Shown: positions 10,512-21,011 of the stretch, piece after piece | How the letters are laid out: the number at the start of each line of letters is the position of its first letter | Position numbering within the stretch: position 1 is the first letter of the stretch | Assembly (NCBI GenBank): GCA_963742155.1 | Contig: CAVUKY010000004.1 | Span: forward strand, 60,183 to 124,182 | DNA length: 64,000 bases | Source of the DNA: Bryobacterales bacterium | Lineage (GTDB): Bacteria > Acidobacteriota > Terriglobia > Bryobacterales > Bryobacteraceae | Direction of reading: 5' to 3' | Translations under genes and position numbers: made by a program | Notes under the pieces: model-generated | What the model was told of the DNA's origin: nothing | Seen by the model: the letters and a program-made list of their open reading frames with translations, nothing else | Databases searched by the model: none

Positions 10512-10782
10512 TAAAGACAATCGGCCACAAGGGGCTGAAACGGCTGTTTGAACAGGACGACCCAAAGGGCGTAAACGCGGAGCACGTCGAGAAGCTGCGG
10601 GATATTCTGGCCACGCTTCACGCCGCCCTACTGTTACTCATATGGACCTGCCGGGGTTTCGGTTGCATCCGCTCAAAGGCCAGATGAAAGGCTTTTGGGC
10701 CGTGACTGTTCGGGCCAACTGGCGGGTGATTTTCCGTTTTGATGATGGCGCGACGGACGTTGACTATGTCGATTACCACTGA
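10508..10782 (+). CDS. higB: HigB-type (RelE-superfamily) toxin, frame-disrupted (1 break)
   Basis: The ORF from ATG 10508 reads [40 protein letters not shown]. After a shift near 10625 it continues [46 protein letters not shown] to TGA 10780-10782. Confidence 0.7.
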
Positions 10783-10795
10783 AAGGAACCAAGCC

Positions 10796-11077
10796 ATGAC
10801 CATGAAAAACCCACCGCATCCCGGCGGCGTCGTTTTGCGTCAGTGCATCGAGCCTTCGGGCTTGAGTATCACGGACGCCGCCGCCGCCCTTGGCGTGACG
10901 CGCAACACGCTTTCCGAACTCGTCAATGCTAAGCGTGGCATATCGCCGGAAATGGCGGTCAGACTGTCCAAGGTTTTCGGCGGCACCGCCGAAGGCTGGC
11001 TAGTGCAGCAGGCGCACTACGACCTTGCCCACGTTCGCGCGGACCGAATGAAGCTCAAAAAACTGGAACTGGTTTAG
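10796..11077 (+). CDS. higA: HigA-type antitoxin (XRE helix-turn-helix)
   Basis: This lies inside ORF 10739..11077. The likely start is ATG 10796 ([11 protein letters not shown]), 14 nt after the higB stop. The HTH is [28 protein letters not shown]. Confidence 0.85.
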   Translation: MTMKNPPHPGGVVLRQCIEPSGLSITDAAAALGVTRNTLSELVNAKRGISPEMAVRLSKVFGGTAEGWLVQQAHYDLAHVRADRMKLKKLELV

Positions 11078-11122
11078 TTAACGTCTGATATCGCCGTGAT
11101 CGTTCACGAAATGGCTGAAAAC

Positions 11123-11238
11123 CTTGGGCCAGGCGGTTATGGTGCACGCTGCGGTCGCCCAGCGCGTCAGCAAGGATCGCCGGAAATTTCACCCGGAGGC
11201 AGGCCGAGAGGATAGTGAAGGGAATTGAAATGCGATAA
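11123..11238 (+). pseudogene. Orphan 3' fragment paralogous to the end of ORF 9396..10019
   Basis: It reads (with one shift) LGQAVMV..LRSPSASARIAGNFTRRQAERIVKGIEMR-stop, against LDGQVAMAPTLRSPIDASARITGNFTRSQAERIVKGIEMR-stop in the intact gene. Nucleotide similarity continues 7 nt past the stop (GGTTsGCCGGT). Confidence 0.6.
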
Positions 11239-11267
11239 GGTTGGCCGGTAAGAGGTCTCGCTCGGGG

Positions 11268-11699
11268 CTATTCGCAAATGAGTGGCTGTGGCGGCTTCAC
11301 ATACTGTGCGGTGAAGGAGCCTTCCACCTTCCTGCCGCCGTCGAGTATCATCTTAACGTCGCCCAACATTCTAAGGATTTGCCCCCGGTGAGAGACGTGA
11401 AGGACCTGAATCCTGCTGAAGTACGCCGCACAGGGATCGGCGTCCCCGCATTCCATGCCTGACTCATCAAGCCACTGATTTGGGGACATTGCGTCGCCCC
11501 CAACTTTGAACCGAATCGGTTTCTCCAGGCGATGTCCTCCATACTTCGTAAGCTCGATCTGGTACCGGTAGATGATATCGCAGGTCGAATGGATAACCCC
11601 CGTGGCGTCGCTCCCAAACGCGGGCACAGAACCTAGCAGCTTACATCGGCAGTTCGCACATTTGGCGTTATCCTGATTGTGGATGCCACCAGCCACCAC
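11268..11699 (-). CDS. Hypothetical Cys-rich protein; start uncertain
   Basis: ORF of 143 aa. The first in-frame ATG is at 11489. The upstream part overlaps the polA start region. The base composition looks less GC-rich than the flanking genes. No family was recognised. Confidence 0.3.
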   Translation of the reverse strand: MVAGGIHNQDNAKCANCRCKLLGSVPAFGSDATGVIHSTCDIIYRYQIELTKYGGHRLEKPIRFKVGGDAMSPNQWLDESGMECGDADPCAAYFSRIQVLHVSHRGQILRMLGDVKMILDGGRKVEGSFTAQYVKPPQPLICE

Positions 11700-14314
11700 C
11701 GGGAAAGGCGCGAAGCAGCGACCCAGGCTTTTTCTGATCGATAGCTACGGGTTTATCTTTCGCGCGTACCATGCTCGCGCGCGCAGCGGCGCGCCGCCCA
11801 TGCGCACCACCACCGGGATTCCCACCGAGGCCGTGTTCATCTTCCACAACATGGTGCGGAAGCTGCGGGCAGACGTACAAGCCCGAGTACATCGCGGCGA
11901 TTTTCGAATCGGGCAAGACGTTTCGCGAAGAGGAGTACGCCGAGTACAAGGCCAATCGCACCGAAATGCCGCCGGACCTGGGCGAGCAGATCCCCTACAT
12001 CCGGCGATTGCTGGAAGCCATGCGCATCCCGGTGCTGCAGTACGCGGGATTCGAAGCCGACGACGTGATCGGCGCCATGGCGCGGCGGGCCAGCGAAGAA
12101 CTTCGACGTGGTGATCGTCTCGAGCGACAAGGACATGCTGCAGCTCGTGGACGAGCGCGTGCACATGTTCAATCCGGTGAAGGAAGACGACTGGTACGAT
12201 CCGGCCACGACCGAAGAATTCATGGGCGTGAAGCCGGCTCAGGTGGCCGATCTGCTGGCGCTGAAGGGCGATGCGATCGACAATATTCCGGGCGCGCCGG
12301 GCATCGGCGACAAAGGCGCGCGCGATCTGATCGCAGCGCTTCGGTTCGGTGGAAGGCGGCGCTCGAGCACGCCGCCGAAGTGGAGCGCAAGATGTATCGC
12401 GAGAGCCTGCAGAACAATCGCGAGCAGATTTTGCTGAGCAAGCGCCTCGCGACCATCGATACCACCGTGCCGGTGGAGTTCGAGATGGCGAATCTGGCGG
12501 CGCAGGAGCCGGACATCGCCGAGCTGAAGAAGGTTTACAAGGAGCTGGAGTTTTACAGCCTGCTGAAAGAGGTGGGGCCCACCGAGGATTCGCACACGCG
12601 CGATTACGCAAGCATTGTGATCGCGCGAGGAAGCGGTTGCAGTATGGCGCGAGCTTGGCGAAGCTCGATCCGGCGAAGCCGATTGCGTTCGCGATCGAAT
12701 CCACGCATGGATGGCGGTCTGCCGCTGACGATGCTCGGCGTGTCGTATCAGCCGGGCGTCGGCGCGCGCGTTGTCGATCGGATTATATCGACGCGCTGAA
12801 ACCGATTCTCGAAGATGCCGAGCGGCCGAAGATCGCGCACGACGTGAAGGCGGTGACGCTGGAACTGGCGAAATATGGCGTGGAGGCGAAGGGCTTCCGG
12901 CACGACGTGATGCTCTACGCGTTCCTGCTGTGCGCCGATCCGTCCGGCTGTTCGGCGTCGCGTGCTGGCGGAGCGCTATCTGGATCGCAAGCTGGGCGCG
13001 GCGGCCGAGCAGCATGCCGATCTGGCGGTGACGCTGGCCGAACGCCTGGCGCCCGAGATCGATCGAGCAGGGCTTCCGCGAAATTTACGAGACCATCGAT
13101 CTGCCGCTGGCGGGCGTGCTGGCGCGCATGGAGCAGCTCGGCATCCGCGTGGATCCGGCGCAGCTTCGGCGTTCTGTCCGGAGCAGCTGGACACGGACAT
13201 CCAGCGGCTGTCGGCGGAGATCTACGAGCTGGCGGGCAAGCCGTTCAACATCAGTTCGCCGCAGCAACTGGGCAAGATTCTGTTTGAAGAGCTGAATCTG
13301 CCCGCGCCGGTGAAGTACGGCAAAGGCAAAACCATTTCGACCGCGGCCGATGTGCTGGAGGGCTTGGCGGCCGAGCACGAGATCGCGCGCAAGGTGCTGG
13401 AATATCGCCAGCTCTCGAAGCTGAAGGGCACTTACATCGACGCGCTGCCGGAGCTGATCGATCCGAAGACCGGCCGCCTTCACACCACCTTCAATCAGAC
13501 CGGCGCGGCCACCGGGCGGCTGTCGTCATCGAATCCGAATCTGCAGAACATTCCGATCCGCACCGAGCTGGGCCGCGAGATTCGCGCCGCGTTCGTGCCG
13601 CGCGAGGGCTGGAAGCTGGTGGTGGCGGATTATTCGCAGATCGAGCTGCGGCTGCTGGCGCACATGTCGCACGATCCGGTTTTGGTGGACGCGTTCCGCA
13701 GCGGCGAAGACATTCACACGCGCACGGCGGCCGAAGTTTTTCGCGTGCCTCCGCTGATGGTGACGCCGGAGATGCGGCGCAACGCCAAGGCGGTGAATTT
13801 CGGCATCGTGTACGGGCAGACGCCGTTTGGCCTGGCGGCATCGCTCGGGATCGATCGCAAGGAAGCGGAGCTGTACATCCAGACTTATTTCGAGCTGCAC
13901 GCGGGCGTGAAGAAATTCATCCAGAAGACCATCGCGGAAGTGCGCGAGAGCGGATTCGCGCCGACGCTGTTCGGCCGCAAGCGGCCCATCCCGGACATGC
14001 ACAGCCGCAATCCGAACGCGCGATCCTTCGCCGAGCGCACCGCCGTGAATACGCCGCTGCAAGGAACCGCGGCGGATCTGATCAAGCTGGCGATGATCCG
14101 CATCGATGAGATCCTGCGGCGCGAGAAGCTGGAAACCAGGATGCTGCTGCAGGTGCACGACGAGCTGCTGTTCGAATCGCCGCCGGAGGAGGCCGAGCAG
14201 GTTGCGAAGATGGTGAAGCGCGAGATGGAGAACGTCCACAAGCTGGATGTGCCGCTGATCGTGGACGTGGGGATCGGCGAAAACTGGCGAGACGCGAAGT
14301 CAGCCACTGATTGA
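11683..14314 (+). CDS. polA: DNA polymerase I, frame-disrupted (about 9 breaks, all between 11.87 and 13.17 kb)
   Basis: The 5'-nuclease domain is visible (LFLIDSYGFIFRAYHA, GFEADDVIG, VSSDKDMLQLV, DNIPGAPGIGDKGA). The polymerase domain is in ORF 12962..14314 (motif A DYSQIELR, motif B RRNAKAVNFGIVYG, motif C QVHDELLFE). The pieces are ORFs 11677, 11771, 12108, 12349, 12771 and 12962. Confidence 0.9.
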
Positions 14315-14342
14315 CGCAGAGGCCCGATCTAGCTCATCCGGT

Positions 14343-15959
14343 TTATCTGCGGCTCATGCTTGGCCGCGCGGGCAGAAACTCGTCGCCAGCGTGCCAGGTC
14401 GGCATTTGCGGCTCATTGGCCACCGTCATTCCGATCAGGAAGCCGAACTTCGCGGCTTCTTCCATCCCCGCGAAATCCCAATCGTCGTGATATTCGTCGG
14501 ACGGCTGATGGTAGTGCTTGTCGTTGTACTCTTCGAAAATCTTGTCGCCGTAACCGGCGGGCTTGCCGTAATAGTCCGTGCCCAGGTCGATTGAAAAGGA
14601 CGGCACGCCGGCGTGCGCGAGCGAGAAATGGTCGGAGCGGTAATAGTGAGCCTTGCTCGGGCTGCGCGTCGGGCTTGATCGCGAGTTCCATGCGATGCGC
14701 GGCTTCCTCCACAACCGGCCACACCGTGGTTCGCTCCGCGCCCGTCACGGAAACATCTTTGGTTCGTCCGAAAGGATAGAACGCGTCGAAATTCAGATCG
14801 AGCGCCGTTTTCGCGAGCGGAATCACGCGGATGCTCGGCGTAATATTCGGTGCCGCGCAGCCCGGCTTCTTCGGCCGTAACCGCCATGAACACCGCCGAC
14901 CGCTTCGGCTTATGCTCCAGCGCGGCCCAGGCGCGCGCCATCTCGATGATCATGGCGCAGCCGGTGGCGTTATCCACCGCGCCGTTGTAAATGGAGTCGC
15001 CATTCACCGCCGGGCCAATTCCCAAATGATCCCAATGCGCGGTGAAGATCACGGCTTCCGACTTGAGCTGCGGATCGCTGCCCTCCACCTTCGCGATCAC
15101 GTTGTTGGATTGAATCTGCCGGATCTCGCGCGGGATGTTGGCGCGAATGTGGATGCCGAGCGGAATGGGCTTGAAGTCGCGCGAGTTGGCGGCGGTCAGC
15201 ATCTGGTCGACGGTCTTGCCGGACAAGCGCCAGCAGTTTCGCGCCCGCGTCCTGGGTCACCCAGCCGGCGAAAGCCAGCGCCGGTTGGCCCGGGGGCAGC
15301 TTCAACTGCGGATCTTCCTTGCCCCAGGAACTGCGCACCACGTCGTAGCCGTAGCCGGCGGTGGGCGTGGTGTGGATGATGATCACGCCTTTGGCGCCCA
15401 TGCGCGCGGCCTCTTCGTACTTGTAGGTCCAGCGGCCGTAGTAGGTGAGCGCGCGGCCGCCGAAGAATTTCGGATCGGTCGGAAGGCGGCTCATTGGTGA
15501 ACAGCACCAGCACTTTGCCCTTCACGTCCACGCCCTTGAAATCGTCCCAGTGAAATTCGGGCGCGACAATGCCGTGTCCGACGAAGACCGCTTCGGCGTC
15601 GAACTGATCGGTCGGGCTGCTGCAATTCGCTGACGCCGACGAAATCGTCCAGCCATTTGAACGAGACGGTTTGATTCGGCTCCTACGGCCGCAAGCGTCG
15701 CGTTGGCCGAGGTGGTGACGCCGACCATCGGCACGCGCTGGAAATAGGTGCCGTTTTCGCCGGCCGGCTTGGCGCCAGCCAGAGCGAATTGCGACGCGAT
15801 GTATTCGGTGGCCAGCTCGCCGCCGCGAGTTCCCACGCCGCGCCCTTCCAGCAAATCGCTCGCCAGGAACTTCACGTGCGCGCGCATCCGTTCGCCCGAA
15901 ATGTCGGTCTGCGCGCAAGCCAGGGCTGTTACCAGCAGTACCAATCCGAATTTCTTCAT
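14343..15959 (-). CDS. M28-family aminopeptidase with signal peptide, frame-disrupted (about 5 breaks)
   Basis: The N-terminus MKKFGLVLLVTALACA starts at ATG 15959. ORFs 15522..16013, 15196..16089, 14970..15494, 14435..15226 and 14343..14714 supply consecutive segments. Zinc-site blocks are present: FTAHWDHLG, GAVDNATGCA, FMAVTAEEAGLRG and YHQPSDE. Confidence 0.8.
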
Positions 15960-16006
15960 GACCCCAGTGTTGATTTTTTCCTCCAATGGTGTCAAAACCA
16001 ATGTGT

Positions 16007-17376
16007 ATGCCAATCGCGACTATCAACCCCGCCACCGGCGAAACCGTCCGCACTTTCGAGCCGCTTTCGAGCGCCGAAGTGGACGCCAAGATCCAAACTG
16101 CGCTTCGACGCGTTTCATGCGCATCGCCGCACGTCGTTCGCCGATCGCGCCGCCAAGATGCGCAAGGCGGCGGAGATTCTCGAATCGGAAAAGGACCGCT
16201 GGGCTCGCATCATGACCACGGAGATGGGCAAGACGCTGAAATCGGCGGGCGACGAGGCGCTGAAGTGCGCGCTGGGCTTGCCGCTATTACGCCGAGAACG
16301 CCGAGAAGTTTCTGGCCGATGAAGAAGTGGCGACCAACGCCGGGAAAAGCTTCGTCGCGTATCAGCCGCTGGGCGCGGTGCTGGCGGTGATGCCCTGGAA
16401 TTTTCCGTTCTGGCAGGTGTTCCGATTTGCCGCGCCCGCGCTGATGGCGGGCAATACGGGATTGCTGAAGCACGCATCGAACGTGCCGCAATGCGCGCTG
16501 GCGATCGAAGAGATTCTGTGCCGCGCCGGTTTTCCGGACGGCGAGTTTCAGACGCTGCTGATCGGATCGTCGCAAGTGGCGCGCGTGCTGGACGACAAGC
16601 GCGTGGTGGCGGCCACGCTGACCGGCAGCGAGCCGGCCGGGCGTGAAGTGGCCAGCCAGTGCGGAAAGCAGATCAAGAAGACGGTGCTGGAACTGGGCGG
16701 CAGCGATCCGTTTATCGTGATGCCCAGCGCCAATCTGGAGGAGGCGGTGGCAGACGGCGGTGAAGGCGCGCTGCATCAATAACGGGCAGACCTGCATCGC
16801 GGCCAAGCGCTTCATCGTGCACGATTCCATCTATGCCGAATTCGAGCGGAGGTTTACGGAAGGCATGAAGAAGTTGAAGGTGGGCGATCCGATGGATCCG
16901 GCGACCGAAGTGGGGCCGCTTGCGACGGCAGCAGGTCGCGAGCGAGTTGGAGGATCAGGTGAAGCGGGCGGTGGCCGGCGGCGCGAAATTGCTGACCGGA
17001 GGCAAGCGGATGAACGGTCCGGGCAATTTCTATGAGCCGACCGTGCTGGCGGACATTCCCAAGAGCAATCCGGTTTACTACGAGGAGATTTTCGGCCCGG
17101 TGGCGATGCTGTTCCGCGCGAGCGGCATCGAGGAAGCCATCGAGATCGCCAACGATTCCGATTTCGGCCTGGCGTCGAGCGTGTGGACCAACGACGAGGC
17201 GGAGCGGGCGCGTTTCATCGGCGAGATCGAGGCGGGCGCGGTGTTCGTCAACGGCATGGTGGCGTCCGATCCGCGGCTGCCTTTTGGCGGCGTGAAGAAT
17301 TCGGGGTATGGGCGCGAGCTGAGCGAGTTTCGGGATTCGCGAGTTTTGCAATATCAAGACGGTGTGGATCAAGTAA
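16007..17376 (+). CDS. NAD(P)+-dependent aldehyde dehydrogenase, succinate-semialdehyde dehydrogenase-like, frame-disrupted (about 5 breaks)
   Basis: It starts [12 protein letters not shown] at ATG 16007. Motifs PWNFPFWQV, catalytic LELGGSDP and [12 protein letters not shown], and EEIFGPV are present. The C-terminus [15 protein letters not shown] ends at TAA 17374-17376. The pieces are ORFs 15986, 15789, 16327, 16760 and 16920. Confidence 0.85.
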
Positions 17377-17395
17377 GCCATTGGTCTGAGGTTGA

Positions 17396-17632
17396 TGTGG
17401 CGTGCGCACTCCTGCGCGCAGCGTTCACACTCGTGTGAACGTTTGAACACGGTATTGCCGAGAGTGGCAATACGGCACGCACGAGTGTGCAATATCACGT
17501 TGTTTTGTTGCAGGGAACATTTGAAAGGACTTATGTTGTTTGCCAGAACAGCCCACGTTTCGCTAAAGCTTAGTAAGGAGCAAACCAGCGTCGGCACGAT
17601 TGCCGACGCGGCACGCACGAGTGCGTGCGCCA
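17396..17632. repeat. Cluster of REP-like palindromic elements between convergent genes
   Basis: Hairpins present: GTGGCGTGCGCActccTGCGCGC (17397-17419), CGTTCACACtcGTGTGAACG (17422-17441), GTATTGCC-6nt-GGCAATAC (17452-17473), GTCGGCAcgatTGCCGAC (17590-17607) and GGCACGCAcgagTGCGTGCC (17610-17629). The first two and the last match the element at 42918-42958. Confidence 0.7.
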
Positions 17633-17644
17633 CACAATCAATAC

Positions 17645-18415
17645 TTACTTCGGGGCCATGCGAATGGCGCCGTCCAGCCGGATTACTTCGCCGTTCAGCA
17701 TCGGATTGCCGATGATGTCGCGCGCGAGTTGCGCGTACTCGGACGGCCGTCCCAGGCGCTTCGGAAACGGGACCATGGCGCCGAGCGAGGCGCGCACATC
17801 GTCGGGCATGCCGGCCAGCATGGGAGTGTCGAAGATTCCGGGCGCGATGGCCATCACGCGAATTCCGACGCTGGAGAGATCGCGCGCCAGCGGCAGCGTC
17901 ATAGCCGCGATGCCGCCTTTCGAAGCTGAATAAGCCGCTTGTCCGATCTGTCCGTCGAAGGCCGCCACGGACGCCGTGTTGATGATCACGCCGCGCTCGC
18001 CTTCGTCATTGGGCGCATTCGGCGCCATCAGCCAGGCCGCCAGCCGCGCGACGTTGAATGCTCCGATCAAATTGACGCGGATGGTTTTCGAGAAGCGCGC
18101 CAGATCCGCCGGACCGGTCTTGCCGATAACGCGCTGGGCGTCGGCGATGCCCGCGCATTGGATGGAGATGTGGAGCGCGCCGAAGGCTATCCATAGCAGT
18201 CTCGACGGCGGCCTGGGCTTCGGCTGCGATCGCTGACGTCGGCGCGAACGAAACGCGCGTGAGGGCCCAGGTCCTTGGCGAGCGCCTGACCGGCTTGCAT
18301 CGTTCAGATCGACGATGACGACGTGGCCGCCTTCTTCGACGATCATCTTCGCCGTGGCCGCGCCCAAGCCCGACGCGCCGCCGGTGACCACCGCCACTTT
18401 TCCCGTAATTTCCAT
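17645..18415 (-). CDS. Short-chain dehydrogenase/reductase, 3-hydroxyacyl-CoA dehydrogenase type-2-like, with compensating frame breaks
   Basis: ORF of 256 aa. It has TGGASGLG (cofactor binding), NTASVAAFDGQIGQAAYSASKGG (catalytic YxxxK) and IAPGIFDTPM. Residues about 40-80 are nonsense in this frame, while ORF 18006..18419 shows sensible sequence there. This implies two nearby indels around 18200-18300. Confidence 0.8.
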   Translation of the reverse strand: MEITGKVAVVTGGASGLGAATAKMIVEEGGHVVIVDLNDASRSGARQGPGPSRAFRSRRRQRSQPKPRPPSRLLWIAFGALHISIQCAGIADAQRVIGKTGPADLARFSKTIRVNLIGAFNVARLAAWLMAPNAPNDEGERGVIINTASVAAFDGQIGQAAYSASKGGIAAMTLPLARDLSSVGIRVMAIAPGIFDTPMLAGMPDDVRASLGAMVPFPKRLGRPSEYAQLARDIIGNPMLNGEVIRLDGAIRMAPK

Positions 18416-18420
18416 GCAAG

Positions 18421-18869
18421 CTACCTCCGCTTATCGAAGAACTTCTTCATCAGTTCCACGCACTCGGCCGCGAGCACGCCTTCCACAATCTCCACGCGAT
18501 GATTCAGGAGCTCGGAATCGGCCAAGTGGAATTTGCTGCGCACGCCGCCGAATCGCAGATCGCGCGCGCCAAAAACCAGTCGCTGCACTCGCGCGGCAAC
18601 CAGCGCGCCGGCGCACATCACGCAAGGTTCCAGCGTAGCGTAGAGCGTGGCGGCTTCCAAACGGTAGTTGCGCAAGCGTGGCGGCGGCTTCGCGCAGCGC
18701 GAGAATCTCGGCGTGGGCGGTGGGATCGGATTTGCGATGGGCGAGTTGAAGCCGCGCCCACGATCTCGCCATTCACAACCACGACGGCGCCCACCGGGAC
18801 TTCGCCATTCGCTTCAGCCTGACGCGCGAGCGCCAGCGCTTCACGCATGAACGTCTCGTCTGAACTCAT
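18421..18869 (-). CDS. tadA: tRNA adenosine(34) deaminase, frame-disrupted (3 breaks within about 130 nt)
   Basis: N-terminus MSSDETFMREALALARQAEANGEVPVGAVVV (tail of ORF 18618..19262). Zinc motif DPTAHAEILALREAA (ORF 18431..18772). TLEPCVMCAGAL (ORF 18421..18675). Confidence 0.8.
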
Positions 18870-19888
18870 GCGCCGACATGAACGGCCAACAATCGCTCGA
18901 AAATAGCGGGCTGGAAGGCGAACACTTGCAACACGCGCGGACGCAGGCGAGGAAACCGATCGAGCGTGAGCATCAGTTGAGCCATCAACGCCGGACGGCG
19001 GGCCAGGCGGCGATGCGCGGCTTGATACTGGTCCAAGTTGTCCGCTACGAGAGCATCCGCCAGCGCGAGAGCTTGTCGAAACGCCAGGCCCATGCCTTCG
19101 CCGGTGATGGCGTCCACGGAACCGGAGGCGTCGCCGATCAGCGCGATGCGCCCGCGATGGATCCGGCGCAGACGACGCATGACAGTGATCGCCCCGCGCT
19201 CCTCGCTGAGGTGGCCGCTCCCGCCAGCTTGCGCGCCAGATCGGGGAAGCGGGGCAGCGCATCGTTCAAACGCATGTGCGGATCGCGCGTCAGCAGCCCG
19301 ATCAACATTTCGTCGTGCGCAACTCCGGTGACATACATCTGGCAGCCCGGGCCCCAATAGACCTCCACGAAATCGGTCCAGGGACGAACGCGATAGTGCC
19401 GGCGGAATCCATAGCGAGAGCGATTCGCTGCGTGCGTCATCGAGATCGGCCCACCGACGAACGCGCGAGTTCTGGCCATCGGCGCCGATGATCCAGCGGG
19501 CGCGCAAGTCGTTGAAACCCCGTCACGTGAGTTCGCCACAAGAGCTTCACACCCAGCTTCTTGCGCGCGATCGATGAGAGCCTGGTGCAGCCGGATGCGC
19601 CGCACCGCGATGCCATGTTCTCGCGGAAAATCCGCCGCAGCCGCGCCACCGTCGCCGATAAAACGGATGCCGCGAAACGAGAACGATTGCTCGGGATCGA
19701 GCGCGACGCCCAACTGGCGCAGCGCTTCCAGCGAATCCGGCATCAGTCCTTCGCCGCACGCCTTGTCGATGGGCGGCTCGGCGGCATCGGCGACCACGAC
19801 GTCAAATCCCTTGAGCCTGCGCGGCAATGGCGGCCGCCAAACCGGCGGGTCCTCCTCCGACGACGAAGACGTCGGTTCCGTTCACCAC
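18866..19888 (-). CDS. FAD-dependent oxidoreductase (geranylgeranyl-reductase/aromatic-hydroxylase-like), frame-disrupted (about 3 breaks)
   Basis: Rossmann motif DVFVVGGGPAGLAAAIAA (tail of ORF 19802..20320). Middle segment in ORF 19138..19827. GD motif IALIGDASGSVDAITGEGMG in ORF 18866..19507. GTG starts at 19888 or 19885 overlap the PKS stop, and its own stop overlaps the tadA ATG. Confidence 0.7.
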
Positions 19889-20936
19889 CTCAGCAATACC
19901 AGTTCGGAACAGAAGCCGGGACCCATCGCGGCCAGAATGCTGTAGGTTCCGGGCGCTGGACGCCGCTTCATCATCACTTCTTCGAGCACGAACAGGACCG
20001 ATGCCGACGAAAGGTTGCCGGTTCTGCGCAGGCAATCCCAGGACGCCGAGAGCGCGCCTTCCGGCAACTCGAGCGCCGCCGCCGTAGCCTCCAACACACG
20101 CGGACCGCCGGTGTGCAGCACCCAGGTTCCGATGTCCGGCCGCGAGAGGCCTTGCTCTTCGAGGAAAGCATCGACATCGGACGGCCAGATGGTTTTCCAC
20201 CACTTCCGGCACTTCGCGCGATAGACACGATGCGGAAGCCTTTTTCCGAAATATCCCAGCCCATGACGTGCTCGGAATTGGGATAGAACACGGATCGCGT
20301 GGCCAGGATCTCGGGGCCATCGGCCTTGCGCTCTGAGCCCGACACCAGCACCGCGGCCGCGCCGTCGCCGAACAATCCCGACGAAATAATGTTCGCGATG
20401 GAGATGTCTTCCTGCTGCAAGGTGAGCGAGCAAAGCTCCACCGAGAGCACCGCAGCCACTTGCTTGGGATAGGCCAGCACGTAATCGGCGGCGCGTGAAA
20501 TTCCGGCCGCTCCCGCCACGCATCCCAGGCCGAAGATGGGCACGCGCTTGATGTTCACCGGCAGGTTCATGCGGTTCACCAGGCGCGCATCGATGGAAGG
20601 GCTGGAGATGCCGGTGACGGAAACGAAGAAGAGCGCGCCCAGATCCTCGAGTGGAAAAGCCCGACGCGCGACAAGCGCGCAGCAGAGCGCCTTCTGGCCG
20701 AGATCCTGCGCTACTTCGATCCAATGGTTGTTGGCCGCGCCCCAGCGCGTGAGCCCGTAATATTCTTCGAGCGGCAACGCCAGGTGCCGCGTCTCCACGC
20801 CCACGCGAGCCTGCAGGCGCTCCAGGAACACCGGGTTATCCACCTTGGGTCCCCAATGTTTTTGCAACGCCTGCAGCAGCACGCGCTGGTCGTACTTGTG
20901 CTCAGGCAACGCGCTGGCAACACCGGCGATGGTCAT
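19882..20936 (-). CDS. Type III polyketide synthase (chalcone/stilbene synthase family), frame-disrupted (1 break near 20230)
   Basis: ORF 19974..20936 gives the N-terminal two-thirds, with the active-site Cys in IFGLGCVAGAAG. ORF 19882..20724 gives the C-terminus, with His in VLHTGGPRVL and Asn in RTGNLSSASVLFVLEE. Confidence 0.85.
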
Positions 20937-20979
20937 AAAGGGGCTTGGGCTCCTTGAGGTATTCTAACCGCTTACTCAC

Positions 20980-21007
20980 GTGCGCGGTTCAGAAGGGTGC
21001 GCGGTTC
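20980..21007. promoter_or_regulatory. Perfect 11-bp direct repeat upstream of the PKS operon (candidate operator)
   Basis: GTGCGCGGTTC occurs at 20980-20990 and 20997-21007. It sits inside the 75-nt gap between the stop of the upstream gene (21012) and the PKS start (20936). Confidence 0.3.
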
Positions 21008-21011
21008 GGGA

